Made by a program: the position numbers and the translations under genes
Notes under the pieces: generated by a model
What the model was told of the DNA's origin: nothing
What the model saw: the letters and a program-made list of their open reading frames with translations, nothing else
The model's database searches: none
Source of the DNA: Candidatus Jordarchaeales archaeon
Lineage (GTDB): Archaea; Asgardarchaeota; Jordiarchaeia; Jordiarchaeales; Freyrarchaeaceae
Assembly: GCA_038889235.1 (NCBI GenBank)
Contig: JAWAHN010000001.1
Location: 674,499-706,498, forward strand
Reading direction: 5' to 3'
Length of the DNA: 32,000 nucleotides
In this document: positions 1-8,781 of the stretch, in pieces
Position numbering within the stretch: position 1 is the stretch's first letter
Layout: every line of letters begins with the position of its first letter

Positions 1-423
1 TATTTCTCGGTCACTCATCCCGTTAAAGTATTGCGCCAAAATAAATGCCGCTATTTCGATCGGGCTTAGCTCTCCTTTAACTATGCTTTGGACTATAATG
101 GAGATTTCATCACGGGATAATTCTTCCCCCCGCATTTTCTTCCTTACATGTTCAAGCGCAGGAGTGGAGGGTGCTGTGTCTAAGATAATGGATTCACCGT
201 CAGACAGGTTAATTAGCTTGCTTAAACGTTTAGGGATGCCTATCTCTCCCCTCCCCACCATAGAATCGGAGAGGGCTACGTTAACCGTTAACTCACGCCC
301 ATCGGCGATAAGCTTAACCCTGTCTCCCACTTCAGCGTGAATTTCACTAGCGTCATGAACGTTCATAACTATTGTCGCAGATTCGAAATCGATGTCTACG
401 ATGCGCGTCTCGAACTCTTTCAA
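1..423 (-). CDS. deoA: AMP phosphorylase / thymidine phosphorylase family (N-terminal 141 aa; runs off the left edge)
   Basis: Not in the ORF track because it has no stop in the window. Manual translation from TTG at 423 (SD GGAGGT upstream) gives MKEFETRIVDIDFESATIVMNVHDA...VGDRVKL...GEIGIP...ALEHVRKKMRGEELSRDEISIIVQSIVKGELSPIEIAAFILAQYFNGMSDREI. This is the typical archaeal AMP phosphorylase N-terminus. Confidence 0.9.
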   Translation of the reverse strand, partial: MKEFETRIVDIDFESATIVMNVHDASEIHAEVGDRVKLIADGRELTVNVALSDSMVGRGEIGIPKRLSKLINLSDGESIILDTAPSTPALEHVRKKMRGEELSRDEISIIVQSIVKGELSPIEIAAFILAQYFNGMSDREI

Positions 424-537
424 ATATGCAACCTCCACGTATTAGCTAGCTTCTTATGGAAAACCAATTTTTTGGGGTATTTTGATAAGGTATTTATCAG
501 TGCAAAGAAAAAGTTTTCCATTGGGGGTATATTCAGC

Positions 538-2325
538 ATGCTGTTCTCTAAAATAGCAGATTTTTATGAGAAAATAGAGGCTACGACAAAACGGTTGGAG
601 ATGATAGACCTACTTGTTAACCTGTTCCTAGAGACGCCAAAAGAGATAATTGACAAGGTAGTTTACCTGACGACGGGGAGAATTTACCCGATGTTTGTTC
701 CAATAGAGCTTGGTATTTCTGAAAAGTTGGCCATGCGAAGCATCGCTATGATTGCTGGAGTGAGTATTAAGGATGTTGAAAACACCTTTAAAGAGGTTGG
801 TGACATAGGCCTTGTTGCCGAAATATTCACGAAAAAGAAGAAGCAAGCCTCCCTATTCCGGACGCCTTTAACAGTCGAGGTGGTTTATGAAACACTAGAT
901 AAGATAGCGAAGGAAAGTGGGGAGGGGTCGGTAGAAGCCAAAATAAGACATCTTTCGAAGCTGCTACTTGACGGTACACCTAAAGAAGCCAAGTATATTG
1001 CGAGGATGGTTGTAGGAAAGCTCCGCCTTGGGATAGCAGATTATACAATTCTTGACGCGTTGGCCGTGGCTTTCACAGGGTCTAGAGAAAACAGACCCAT
1101 CCTTGAGAGGGCTTACAACATCACATCTGACTTAGGACTAATAGCTAAGGTGGTTGCAACAGAGGGGCTTAACTCTGTTAAAAACTTCAAGATCACCGTT
1201 GGAAGACCTATAAGGATGATGCTTGCTCAAAGAGCGACATCTCCCGAAGAAATTCTTGAGCGCATGGGTGGCCGTTGCTCAGCCGAATATAAACTTGACG
1301 GGGAACGAATGCAAATACACAAGGACGGAAGTAGAGTGGAAATATTTTCTAGGAGACTTGAGAACATAACGTACCAGTACCCAGACGTAGTTAAACTTGT
1401 CATAGAAAACCTGAAAGCAGAGAGAGCGATAGTTGAAGGAGAATGCGTGGCCATAAATCCTGATACCGGGGAAATGCTTCCCTTCCAGCAATTGATGAGA
1501 AGGAAAAGAGTGTACGGCATAGAGGAAGCCGTAGAGAAGTACCCTGCTATGATCTATCTTTTCGACGCGCTTTTGGTAGAAGATGAAGATTTAACGGATA
1601 AACCCTACCCTGAACGCAGAAAGAGACTTGCGGAAATAGTTCGAGAAAACGAGCGTATAAAGTTAGTTAGAGCAGAGCTGCTCGACAGCGTGGAAGCCAT
1701 AGAGAAATTTTTTGACGCTGCAGTCGAGGAAGGATGCGAAGGTATAATGGCGAAATCCATCCAATCCGACTCCATATATGAGGCTGGAAGTAGAGGATAC
1801 AAGTGGCTCAAGTTCAAACGAGAGTACAAGACAGAGATGACCGACACTATAGATGCAGTTATAGTTGGAGCGTTTATGGGTAAAGGCAAACGGGCAGGAT
1901 CCTATGGAGCGCTGCTCGTCGCGGTTTACGACGAGGATTCAGACATGTTCAAAACCATCTGCAAAGTTGGTACAGGCTTTAGTGATGAAGATTTAGAAAG
2001 ACTGCCGGAGATTCTTAGGCCTTACCAGATACCACACAAACACCCGAGAGTAGATTCAAAGCTAAAGGCAGACGTATGGTTCACTCCAGCCAAAGTTATC
2101 GAGATTATTGGGGCTGAATTAACAATAAGCCAAGTTCATACATGTGCCTTGGGATACGCTAAGAAAGACAGCGGGATAGCAGTTAGGTTCCCAAGATTTA
2201 CTGGTAGGTGGAGGGATGACAAGGGACCAGAAGAAGCTACAACTGTTAAAGAAGTAATCGAGATGTACGAACAACAGAAAAAAGTGAAGGTGGCTGAAAC
2301 AGTAGAAGAAGACACGGCTAAGTAA
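538..2325 (+). CDS. lig: ATP-dependent DNA ligase
   Basis: Motif I EYKLDGER (adenylated Lys), EGE, EGIMAK, WLKFK, and OB-domain VRFPRF. The true start is probably ATG 538 (MLFSKIADFYEKIE, SD GGGGGT). The ORF-track extension to 337 overlaps the divergent AMP phosphorylase. Confidence 0.97.
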   Translation: MLFSKIADFYEKIEATTKRLEMIDLLVNLFLETPKEIIDKVVYLTTGRIYPMFVPIELGISEKLAMRSIAMIAGVSIKDVENTFKEVGDIGLVAEIFTKKKKQASLFRTPLTVEVVYETLDKIAKESGEGSVEAKIRHLSKLLLDGTPKEAKYIARMVVGKLRLGIADYTILDALAVAFTGSRENRPILERAYNITSDLGLIAKVVATEGLNSVKNFKITVGRPIRMMLAQRATSPEEILERMGGRCSAEYKLDGERMQIHKDGSRVEIFSRRLENITYQYPDVVKLVIENLKAERAIVEGECVAINPDTGEMLPFQQLMRRKRVYGIEEAVEKYPAMIYLFDALLVEDEDLTDKPYPERRKRLAEIVRENERIKLVRAELLDSVEAIEKFFDAAVEEGCEGIMAKSIQSDSIYEAGSRGYKWLKFKREYKTEMTDTIDAVIVGAFMGKGKRAGSYGALLVAVYDEDSDMFKTICKVGTGFSDEDLERLPEILRPYQIPHKHPRVDSKLKADVWFTPAKVIEIIGAELTISQVHTCALGYAKKDSGIAVRFPRFTGRWRDDKGPEEATTVKEVIEMYEQQKKVKVAETVEEDTAK

Positions 2326-2446
2326 AATAATATGCTAGTGCAGAAGAGCGCATTAAAAAGCTTTGCAAAAAATTTTAATAACATCAAAAACATAGGTAGC
2401 TTGAAATGCGTTTTTCTTTAAGAAATTGTGAAAGAGGTTGTTAAAA

Positions 2447-2842
2447 TTGTCTGTCGAGCAAATAATTTCCGTCATAAATGAGCTTCTTTCAACAAACGAA
2501 AACATAACTGCAGCCGCAGTTATCACAAATGACGGGCGTATAATATACCAGACAAACAACTGGGACGTTAGTGTTGACGCGCCGAGTCTAATTGCTTCTT
2601 GGAGGGAAAAGGCGCCAGCCATATCGGTTCAGGGTATAAAGTACTCTGTTCTTCAAACAACTGAGGAGAGACTCGTTGCGACAAACGTTAGCGGACTCGG
2701 ACATATAATACTTGCAACAATACAGAGACGCGGCTTTCTAATGGTTTACGTGACACCTCAAGGGGATGCTGGTGGGAGCTACGTGGACGTCAGTCGGGCA
2801 GCAATGAAGCTCGCTCCAATTTTGCAAGCGATGGGTTACTGA
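2447..2842 (+). CDS. Asgard-type profilin (actin-monomer-binding protein)
   Basis: AAAVITNDGRIIYQTNNWDVS...ISVQGIKYSVLQTTEERLVATNVSGLGHII...FLMVYVTPQGD matches Loki/Odin profilins as I recall them. TTG 2447 lies 8 nt after SD GAGGT (the ORF track starts at 2438). Confidence 0.92.
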   Translation: MSVEQIISVINELLSTNENITAAAVITNDGRIIYQTNNWDVSVDAPSLIASWREKAPAISVQGIKYSVLQTTEERLVATNVSGLGHIILATIQRRGFLMVYVTPQGDAGGSYVDVSRAAMKLAPILQAMGY

Positions 2843-2873
2843 ATACTTTAAATCAAAGATCCTCCCCCTCTTT

Positions 2874-3563
2874 TTAGTAAATCCTCCTGACGAGACGTAC
2901 TTCTTCGCTCTCTAAGTCATATTCTACGAGGTTGGCTTTGGCCAGGTCGTAAATGCTTTTCAGTATGATTGCTGGCTGGAAACCAGCGGCCTCAGTTATT
3001 TCTTTCCGTTTCATGATGTTTTTATCTCCATGCAACAAGTATAGTACTTTGGCGTGAGGCTGTCCACCGAAAACTTCCTCGAGAAGAGTGATATATATTG
3101 AAAGGAGGTGCCTTACGTCCTCGATTTCCTCTTTTTCCTTAGTAATTTCTCGGTACATCTTTGACAGCCTTGATAGCTGTTCCTTTATGTAGTTTAGCTC
3201 TTCTTCGAGCTTACGTTTTTCGTTCAACACACTGGAAAGCTCTTCGTCTTTTGCAGCTAACTTTTCCTTAGTCTCTTTCAGAGAGCGTTCCAAGCTCATT
3301 ATTTGTTCCTTTAGAGAAACTATTTCTCTCTGAGAAGATTCAAGGGTGGACTTTAACTTTTCAGTTTCTTCTTCCTTGCTCTTCAGTAAAAAGATGAGTT
3401 CATTCATTTTTTCATCTTTTTCCTTAATCTCCCTTTCTTTGGCTGCAAGGGCATTTGCCATTCCCGTGACTTCATCGACGATAAGTTCCATTCTATTATA
3501 GAGGTCTTTTATCGCCGCACAGATACTACTTACTTTTTCCACAGCGTTAGTGTTCACATTCAC
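2874..3563 (-). CDS. Coiled-coil protein with C-terminal winged-helix domain
   Basis: About 150 aa of E/K-rich heptads, then PHAKVLYLLHG...KRKEITEAAGFQPAIILKSIYDLAKANLVEYD (wHTH pattern). SD GGAGG upstream. Confidence 0.75.
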   Translation of the reverse strand: MNVNTNAVEKVSSICAAIKDLYNRMELIVDEVTGMANALAAKEREIKEKDEKMNELIFLLKSKEEETEKLKSTLESSQREIVSLKEQIMSLERSLKETKEKLAAKDEELSSVLNEKRKLEEELNYIKEQLSRLSKMYREITKEKEEIEDVRHLLSIYITLLEEVFGGQPHAKVLYLLHGDKNIMKRKEITEAAGFQPAIILKSIYDLAKANLVEYDLESEEVRLVRRIY

Positions 3564-3711
3564 TCCTCCCCGCTAGCGGATCACCACAAAAACTTGGAAG
3601 AAATTCAACTATTATTTCAACTCGTAATTTTCAGCTTTCGATAATTTTTAAAGGGTGTCTGTTATTTATAAGGTTGATCAGAGAGAATTCATTCAGGCGG
3701 TTGGAGGCTCA

Positions 3712-4596
3712 ATGGAGGAGGACCTAAGGAATGTTATAGAAAGGGTGATCGGAGAAAGTGTTCAAAGAAGCATAGAACCATTTATACGCGCTCTTTTGAA
3801 GAGCATAAAGATAATCAGAGATGAAGTCGCTTCGATAGGAGTGGAGCTGGAGACGCGATCCAAGGACCTTTTGAGCCAATTAAACGGATTATCGAACCTG
3901 CTTCGGACAATTTACGAGCATGTGGAAAGAATAGAGAAGACGCAGGGTGAAGCGGAGCAACGGCTACTTATAACTCCCCCCTCTGAGCAAAGAAATGTAG
4001 AGAGTCTTGTAGAAAGCAAAGTTAGAAGCTTGATTGAACCTCTAGGTAAAACTCTTCAGAAGATCGTGGATCAACAAATTACGCTGATAAATACCATCGA
4101 GCAAATTGTCGGAAAAATGGAGAGCATCGAAAGGAGCATGTTAGAACTTAAGACGAGTGCACCTAAAATCCCAATTCAGCTGGGTTCAGAGGTGGATGAG
4201 GAAGAGAGGGCAGAAACAACTTCAGACGTTTTTAAAAGTGAAGTTTTCTCTAAATTAGAAGGTGCAGTTAAGACGCTTCTGGAAAAAACCGAGGAAGCAG
4301 AAAAGGTCAAAGAGACGGAGGAAGCAGAAGGGGGACCAGAATTTGAAGAACATTTAACAGAAACCGAAAAGCTAGAGCTTCAATCCGCTTCAAGAGAAGC
4401 CGCTGGTAGCGAGGAATTAACTATTGACAAATTACAGGAGAGGGTGGCAGAAATAGATCGGGAAATAACTGACTTAACTTTTGATAGAATGAGAGGGCTT
4501 CTAAGTGAAGAAGAATATCAAGAGAAAAAGGAGACATTAATAAAGGAAAAGGAGATTTTGAAAAAGAAAATCGAGGAGCTGACTCTTAAGATGTAA
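3712..4596 (+). CDS. Hypothetical coiled-coil protein with acidic linker and C-terminal SHOCT-like helical hairpin
   Basis: Helical N-terminal half, an E-rich low-complexity linker, and a C-terminal RGLLSEEEYQEKKETLI. ATG 3712 follows SD GGAGG (the ORF track starts at GTG 3655). Confidence 0.7.
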   Translation: MEEDLRNVIERVIGESVQRSIEPFIRALLKSIKIIRDEVASIGVELETRSKDLLSQLNGLSNLLRTIYEHVERIEKTQGEAEQRLLITPPSEQRNVESLVESKVRSLIEPLGKTLQKIVDQQITLINTIEQIVGKMESIERSMLELKTSAPKIPIQLGSEVDEEERAETTSDVFKSEVFSKLEGAVKTLLEKTEEAEKVKETEEAEGGPEFEEHLTETEKLELQSASREAAGSEELTIDKLQERVAEIDREITDLTFDRMRGLLSEEEYQEKKETLIKEKEILKKKIEELTLKM

Positions 4597-4639
4597 AGGA
4601 AGAGAAACCTAAGATTTACGGGTGGAGGAATGCTGAAGT

Positions 4640-4945
4640 TTGGAAAAGACTGTGGATATATGGGAATATTACCCAACCTATTCCGTCGATAAGAGCGGTA
4701 AAAAAGTGTTGATTATACGGGCTCTTACTTCCTTAAGCGATCTCAGCAAATTCGATATTCAAAATTATGAACAAATCAAGAAGTTGTGGTTTTCGGTTCT
4801 TTTAAGCATCCCTCTTCTAAAGAAGAAAAATTTTGACGACTCCTTACTCGAGGTGAAGATTGAGGGGGAAACTGTTGAAGTTCGTGTAACAATCCCTCAA
4901 GATTATATTGAAGATGGTTCGACTCTTGGGGGAGAAAAGAGTTGA
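4640..4945 (+). CDS. Hypothetical protein (101 aa)
   Basis: SD GGAGG upstream. The stop overlaps the next start (TTGA), suggesting translational coupling. No family recognised. Confidence 0.6.
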   Translation: MEKTVDIWEYYPTYSVDKSGKKVLIIRALTSLSDLSKFDIQNYEQIKKLWFSVLLSIPLLKKKNFDDSLLEVKIEGETVEVRVTIPQDYIEDGSTLGGEKS

Positions 4946-5562
4946 TCCACGCTATCTACATTATAGATGGAAGAAGTGGGGTACACTTCCTTTCCCAGAG
5001 ATATGGAGAAATAGAACTGGATGAAGCGCTAATTGCTGGATTTTTAACAGCTATCAAGCATTTTTCATGTGAATTGAAAAAGAGTAAAAGAGAGGGGGAG
5101 ACTGATGCAGTTCAAGAAATAGAAATGAAAACGTACAAAATTGTTATTCATGCTTCTGAGGAAAACATCCTTGTAGCTGCAATAACCGACTGGGAGGATT
5201 CCACGCAGCTTGTTAGGAAAGCTTTGACGGAAGTTGCTTCAAGCTTTTCAGGAAGGTATAGATCAATTTTGAATAATTGGAACGGAGATTCATCATTATT
5301 TTCAGACTTTGTTCCCGAACTCGACAGGATTTTAATGGAGGGGCGTATTGGGGAAGCGCTTAAAAAACCGAAACTTAAAGGGAAACTTATGAAGAGTATG
5401 GTTAGAATGGGATTTATAAGTGAGGACGCGTTTAGGATAAGCGAGCTATGTGACGGAAGACACACAAAAGAAGCGATTGCCGACAAGCTTAAACTCCCCT
5501 TAGAAAAAGTTATTGAAGCAATAGGGGAGCTTGAGAAAAAGAACCTCCTCGAGTGGGTTTAA
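4942..5562 (+). CDS. Longin-domain protein with C-terminal winged-helix
   Basis: MIHAIYIIDGRSGVHFLSQRY...DEALIAGFLTAIKHFSCEL is the standard longin beta-beta-alpha start, and FSDFVPELDRIL ends the domain. The C-terminal LCDGRHTKEAIADKL...VIEAIGELEKKNLL is wHTH-like. Confidence 0.85.
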   Translation: MIHAIYIIDGRSGVHFLSQRYGEIELDEALIAGFLTAIKHFSCELKKSKREGETDAVQEIEMKTYKIVIHASEENILVAAITDWEDSTQLVRKALTEVASSFSGRYRSILNNWNGDSSLFSDFVPELDRILMEGRIGEALKKPKLKGKLMKSMVRMGFISEDAFRISELCDGRHTKEAIADKLKLPLEKVIEAIGELEKKNLLEWV

Positions 5563-5591
5563 AGGTTTCCTGAACTGAAAGATGACTATTT

Positions 5592-6449
5592 TTACTCCGC
5601 TTCGTATTGTACTCCGGAAGTTATCAAGATTAACGACAAAACAATTATAACGGGTGAAATGAAGATAACTATTTCTCCGAGAAGGGATTTTATGATAGCG
5701 GCTTGCATAGTTCGACCCACATAGTAACACATGAAGCCGACCCCTAACAAGGAAGCCCTCCTTCTTATCACACCCGCGCTATTCAATGCCACGTAAAAGA
5801 ATAGTAATGGGATAAACAGCGAGTAAATAGACGAGAGAACGTAGTTTATGGCAAAGTATACTGCTCCACTTGGTTGGTAGACTATAGCAAGCCTTTGAGG
5901 GAACCAGGGACTAAATGGGTCGAAGCCAAGCCAGAAAAGTACTCCTTGAGTTTCTGAGCCGGGCTGGGGTACTAGGAAGCGGACTTCATCTATAACGTAA
6001 TTGAAAAGAAGCTCTCCCGGTAAGAGAAGTAAAGCAAGTCCGGCAAGCAACGGGGGAATATGAAGTGTACGTCTCAGCCACTTATTTTCAAGCCACACGT
6101 AAGCGATGCCCAGGGATATGAATGAAAGACTGAGCCATTCCCAAAAAGATGCCAGCCGCCAATCCCAAGTGTTACATATGAACACAGCTTCAACAAATGG
6201 AGTATATGCACTGGACAAGACGGGAGCCAAAAAAATTACTGCAGGTTTGTCGTAGAAATCGTATAAAAGAAAGAAAACTCTACCTACTGCAAGCGTCAGG
6301 AAGAATAACGAGAGCGATAAATTGAAAAAGTTTCGGTTCTTTCTCCACTTGAAGAGAAAAAGGTACAAGAAAAGGAGGACATAATAACCCACTATAGTAA
6401 ACCAAAGTCCTATGGCGAAAGTATATGGAACATATTGTGACGGGATCAA
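5592..6449 (-). CDS. Polytopic membrane protein (about 7 TM), unknown function
   Basis: Roughly seven hydrophobic segments separated by short basic loops (KWRKNRN, IRRRASLLG). Confidence 0.75.
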   Translation of the reverse strand: MIPSQYVPYTFAIGLWFTIVGYYVLLFLYLFLFKWRKNRNFFNLSLSLFFLTLAVGRVFFLLYDFYDKPAVIFLAPVLSSAYTPFVEAVFICNTWDWRLASFWEWLSLSFISLGIAYVWLENKWLRRTLHIPPLLAGLALLLLPGELLFNYVIDEVRFLVPQPGSETQGVLFWLGFDPFSPWFPQRLAIVYQPSGAVYFAINYVLSSIYSLFIPLLFFYVALNSAGVIRRRASLLGVGFMCYYVGRTMQAAIIKSLLGEIVIFISPVIIVLSLILITSGVQYEAE

Positions 6450-6527
6450 ATTCCCCCTTCCATTCCTGGAATATAGGGAGGTTAGATATAAAAATGTTTA
6501 TCCGGTAACGAGTTATGAGGAGGTTGC

Positions 6528-7355
6528 ATGGAACGAGTTATAGGGGTTTCTTCTGGATGCTTTCTGTTCAGAGGGAATGGCTACGTAAAACCAAAACCTA
6601 TTCCGTTTGAGCTTAGAAAGTACCAATTTGAACTGCAGGTTGGGAGGGGTTATTTCTTCGAAGACATTGAAAATATTGTTACGGTGCATCTGCCATTTCG
6701 CGAGTATCACGCTGCTTCTATTAATGGAGAAAAACTGTTTATCGAGGGGAGGAACGTCAACATAGCTACGTTAAATGGTAGTTTGAGAAAAGCTTGGTTA
6801 AAAGAGTTCACAGGAATAATATTCGAGGCGGCCTCTAGAAATGCAAGCGTTGCAGTGTTGCATTATGGTGTTTGTGATTGCCAAGATGAGAACGTTCTTA
6901 ATGAAAGCCACAGAGTGAGACACTGGAAAGCCGAAGCTTCTTTTTTGGGAGAAATCTCGAAAGTATGCGATGATGTGGGGATATCGCTCTTAGTTGAAAA
7001 CCACCCTTACGATGAAACCATCTTTTTAAACCATCTAAAACACATGGAAGCAGTAGTCGAGGAGGGGTTTGCTAAAATATGCTTAGATTTTCCTCATGCA
7101 TATTATAGGGAGTTTAAAGGGGAAGATAACATAGAAGCCTTGGCAAGTGCACTCAGAGATGAAATTTTGGAAGTTCACTTAGCTGATGGGAACGGGCTAA
7201 GCCATGAACCTCTCCAGGTAGGAGAGGGAAGTATTAACTTCGAGAAGGTGTTAAAAAAGCTGACAAGAACAAAGTTTTTCATAATTGAGGTGAGAGGAGA
7301 CCCAACTCCATCGATTAAAGCAGCTAGAGAACTCTTAGAAAAAACAACCTTGTGA
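6528..7355 (+). CDS. Sugar phosphate isomerase/epimerase (AP endonuclease family 2) TIM-barrel protein
   Basis: Metal-ligand motifs VENHP, CLDFPHA, EVHLADGNG..H...GEGSINF, and IIEV. Confidence 0.85.
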   Translation: MERVIGVSSGCFLFRGNGYVKPKPIPFELRKYQFELQVGRGYFFEDIENIVTVHLPFREYHAASINGEKLFIEGRNVNIATLNGSLRKAWLKEFTGIIFEAASRNASVAVLHYGVCDCQDENVLNESHRVRHWKAEASFLGEISKVCDDVGISLLVENHPYDETIFLNHLKHMEAVVEEGFAKICLDFPHAYYREFKGEDNIEALASALRDEILEVHLADGNGLSHEPLQVGEGSINFEKVLKKLTRTKFFIIEVRGDPTPSIKAARELLEKTTL

Positions 7356-7399
7356 AGTGATGAATGTATCTATAAAGAGTCACTTTTTGCTGCTTGTTG

Positions 7400-8683
7400 C
7401 TAGAAAATTCTGGCCTCCAAATCCATTACTACCTCTTGGAAGGCTCGGTATAACACGTCTAAAAAAGAGGCCAATACTCTTCCTATCTTGTCTTTTAGTG
7501 GAGCCTTTTCGGGATAACCTAAGTCGTAAAGTGGTTTGTTAAGAAGTGCTTCCAATCCTACAGGTATAGATGCTTTCGCCATAAGCGATAAGTTAGAAAG
7601 GACTCTCACACCGTGCTTTTCTAGGTATTTTTCTGGTTCGAGAAGGCTCTCTCTTTTGAGGTCATAAATCCGTTTTATCGTTGAATCAAGGAGAAGCTGT
7701 AGCTTTCGGAGCTCATCTGTAATATCGCTACTTAGGATGCTGCCATGTTCACTTAAGAAGCGATCAATTTCGGAAGAAATAGAGAGGATAGGACGCTGCC
7801 AAAGTATGTTTAAAAGCTTGTCAAACACCACCATATTTTTCCTGCTGCCAGTTTTTTCTTTGCTGATCCTCGCTTTCAGATCTCTAATCTTCTTATCTAG
7901 GGAAATTATCATACTTGAAATACTTTCTAGGTCCATTTTAAACCCGCTTTTAAGTTCCTCGTGTTCTATGAGATAGAACCTGTGTATTTCTTGTTCAAGA
8001 ATGAAACCCATTTTCTCCGAGAAGTTTCTCACTCTGTGCAACAAAAAATCTAGGAATATGTTTAAATAAAGCTTCCTTAGAAGACCCGCTAACCTCTCCC
8101 ATATCTCCTTAAACATTACTATCCTTTCCTTTTTCAAGAGGATCAAAGCGTGATCTCCGGGTTTTAAGTAAAAACAATAGTCTTTGAGCGCCTCTTTAAG
8201 ACTGTTTTTTTCCCCCAACTTGTTTATGAAGATGGATGGATAACCGTGAGCAGCCGTGTTGACGTAGTAGTAAAGCCGTTTACCTTCATTCGTGGGGTAG
8301 CTAAAAACTATAATGCGCTCCAAATCTCCTGGATGGTGGGCTTTTCCGGGAGCTATAGTGAAACCCTTACTGTACGACAGCATTACGTAGATTGAATACC
8401 TTTCTTCCCCCTCAGTTAGTCCTGGAAACCTTAACAGGAAACCTAATTTTTCTAATACGCTTCTTTTATCTTTAGCCCATTCAGATGCTAATAAGTAGAA
8501 GCTACGCTTCTCTACATCTCCAACTATAACTCTGAAGAGCCCTAAAGTATCTCGTTTCTCGACATATTCATGTAATTTGTCAAAAAGCTTGCTTAACTCT
8601 CTCATGCTTCTTTTAAGCACAAATTCACGACTTTTCTCTTCATATATCGCAACTCTTTTCGGGAGGTAAACTTCGACTTCCAA
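7400..8683 (-). CDS. Hypothetical protein with an HxGD(W/L)E...AH motif and helical C-terminal half
   Basis: Long, clean 427-aa ORF. The motif HHPGDLERIIVF...VNTAAHGYP resembles Vps62/NPP1-like domains (tentative). Confidence 0.65.
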   Translation of the reverse strand: MEVEVYLPKRVAIYEEKSREFVLKRSMRELSKLFDKLHEYVEKRDTLGLFRVIVGDVEKRSFYLLASEWAKDKRSVLEKLGFLLRFPGLTEGEERYSIYVMLSYSKGFTIAPGKAHHPGDLERIIVFSYPTNEGKRLYYYVNTAAHGYPSIFINKLGEKNSLKEALKDYCFYLKPGDHALILLKKERIVMFKEIWERLAGLLRKLYLNIFLDFLLHRVRNFSEKMGFILEQEIHRFYLIEHEELKSGFKMDLESISSMIISLDKKIRDLKARISKEKTGSRKNMVVFDKLLNILWQRPILSISSEIDRFLSEHGSILSSDITDELRKLQLLLDSTIKRIYDLKRESLLEPEKYLEKHGVRVLSNLSLMAKASIPVGLEALLNKPLYDLGYPEKAPLKDKIGRVLASFLDVLYRAFQEVVMDLEARIF

Positions 8684-8781
8684 GGGTAAAAACCCCCACT
8701 ATAAATTACACATGTTTTGCCGAAAAACGTGGTATATACACCATGATCATTTCTGGACATCCCCTCTTAAAGGTGTTCTCT

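Noticed and set aside
83-340. 85-aa plus-strand ORF
   Set aside because: It is an antisense shadow of the AMP phosphorylase gene on the minus strand.
337-537. N-terminal extension of the DNA ligase ORF
   Set aside because: It overlaps the divergent gene and the promoter region. Ligase homology and an SD support ATG 538.
7357-7400. Box C-like GTGATGA as a possible C/D sRNA (also TATGATGA on the minus strand near 19360)
   Set aside because: No box D (CTGA) lies at an appropriate distance.
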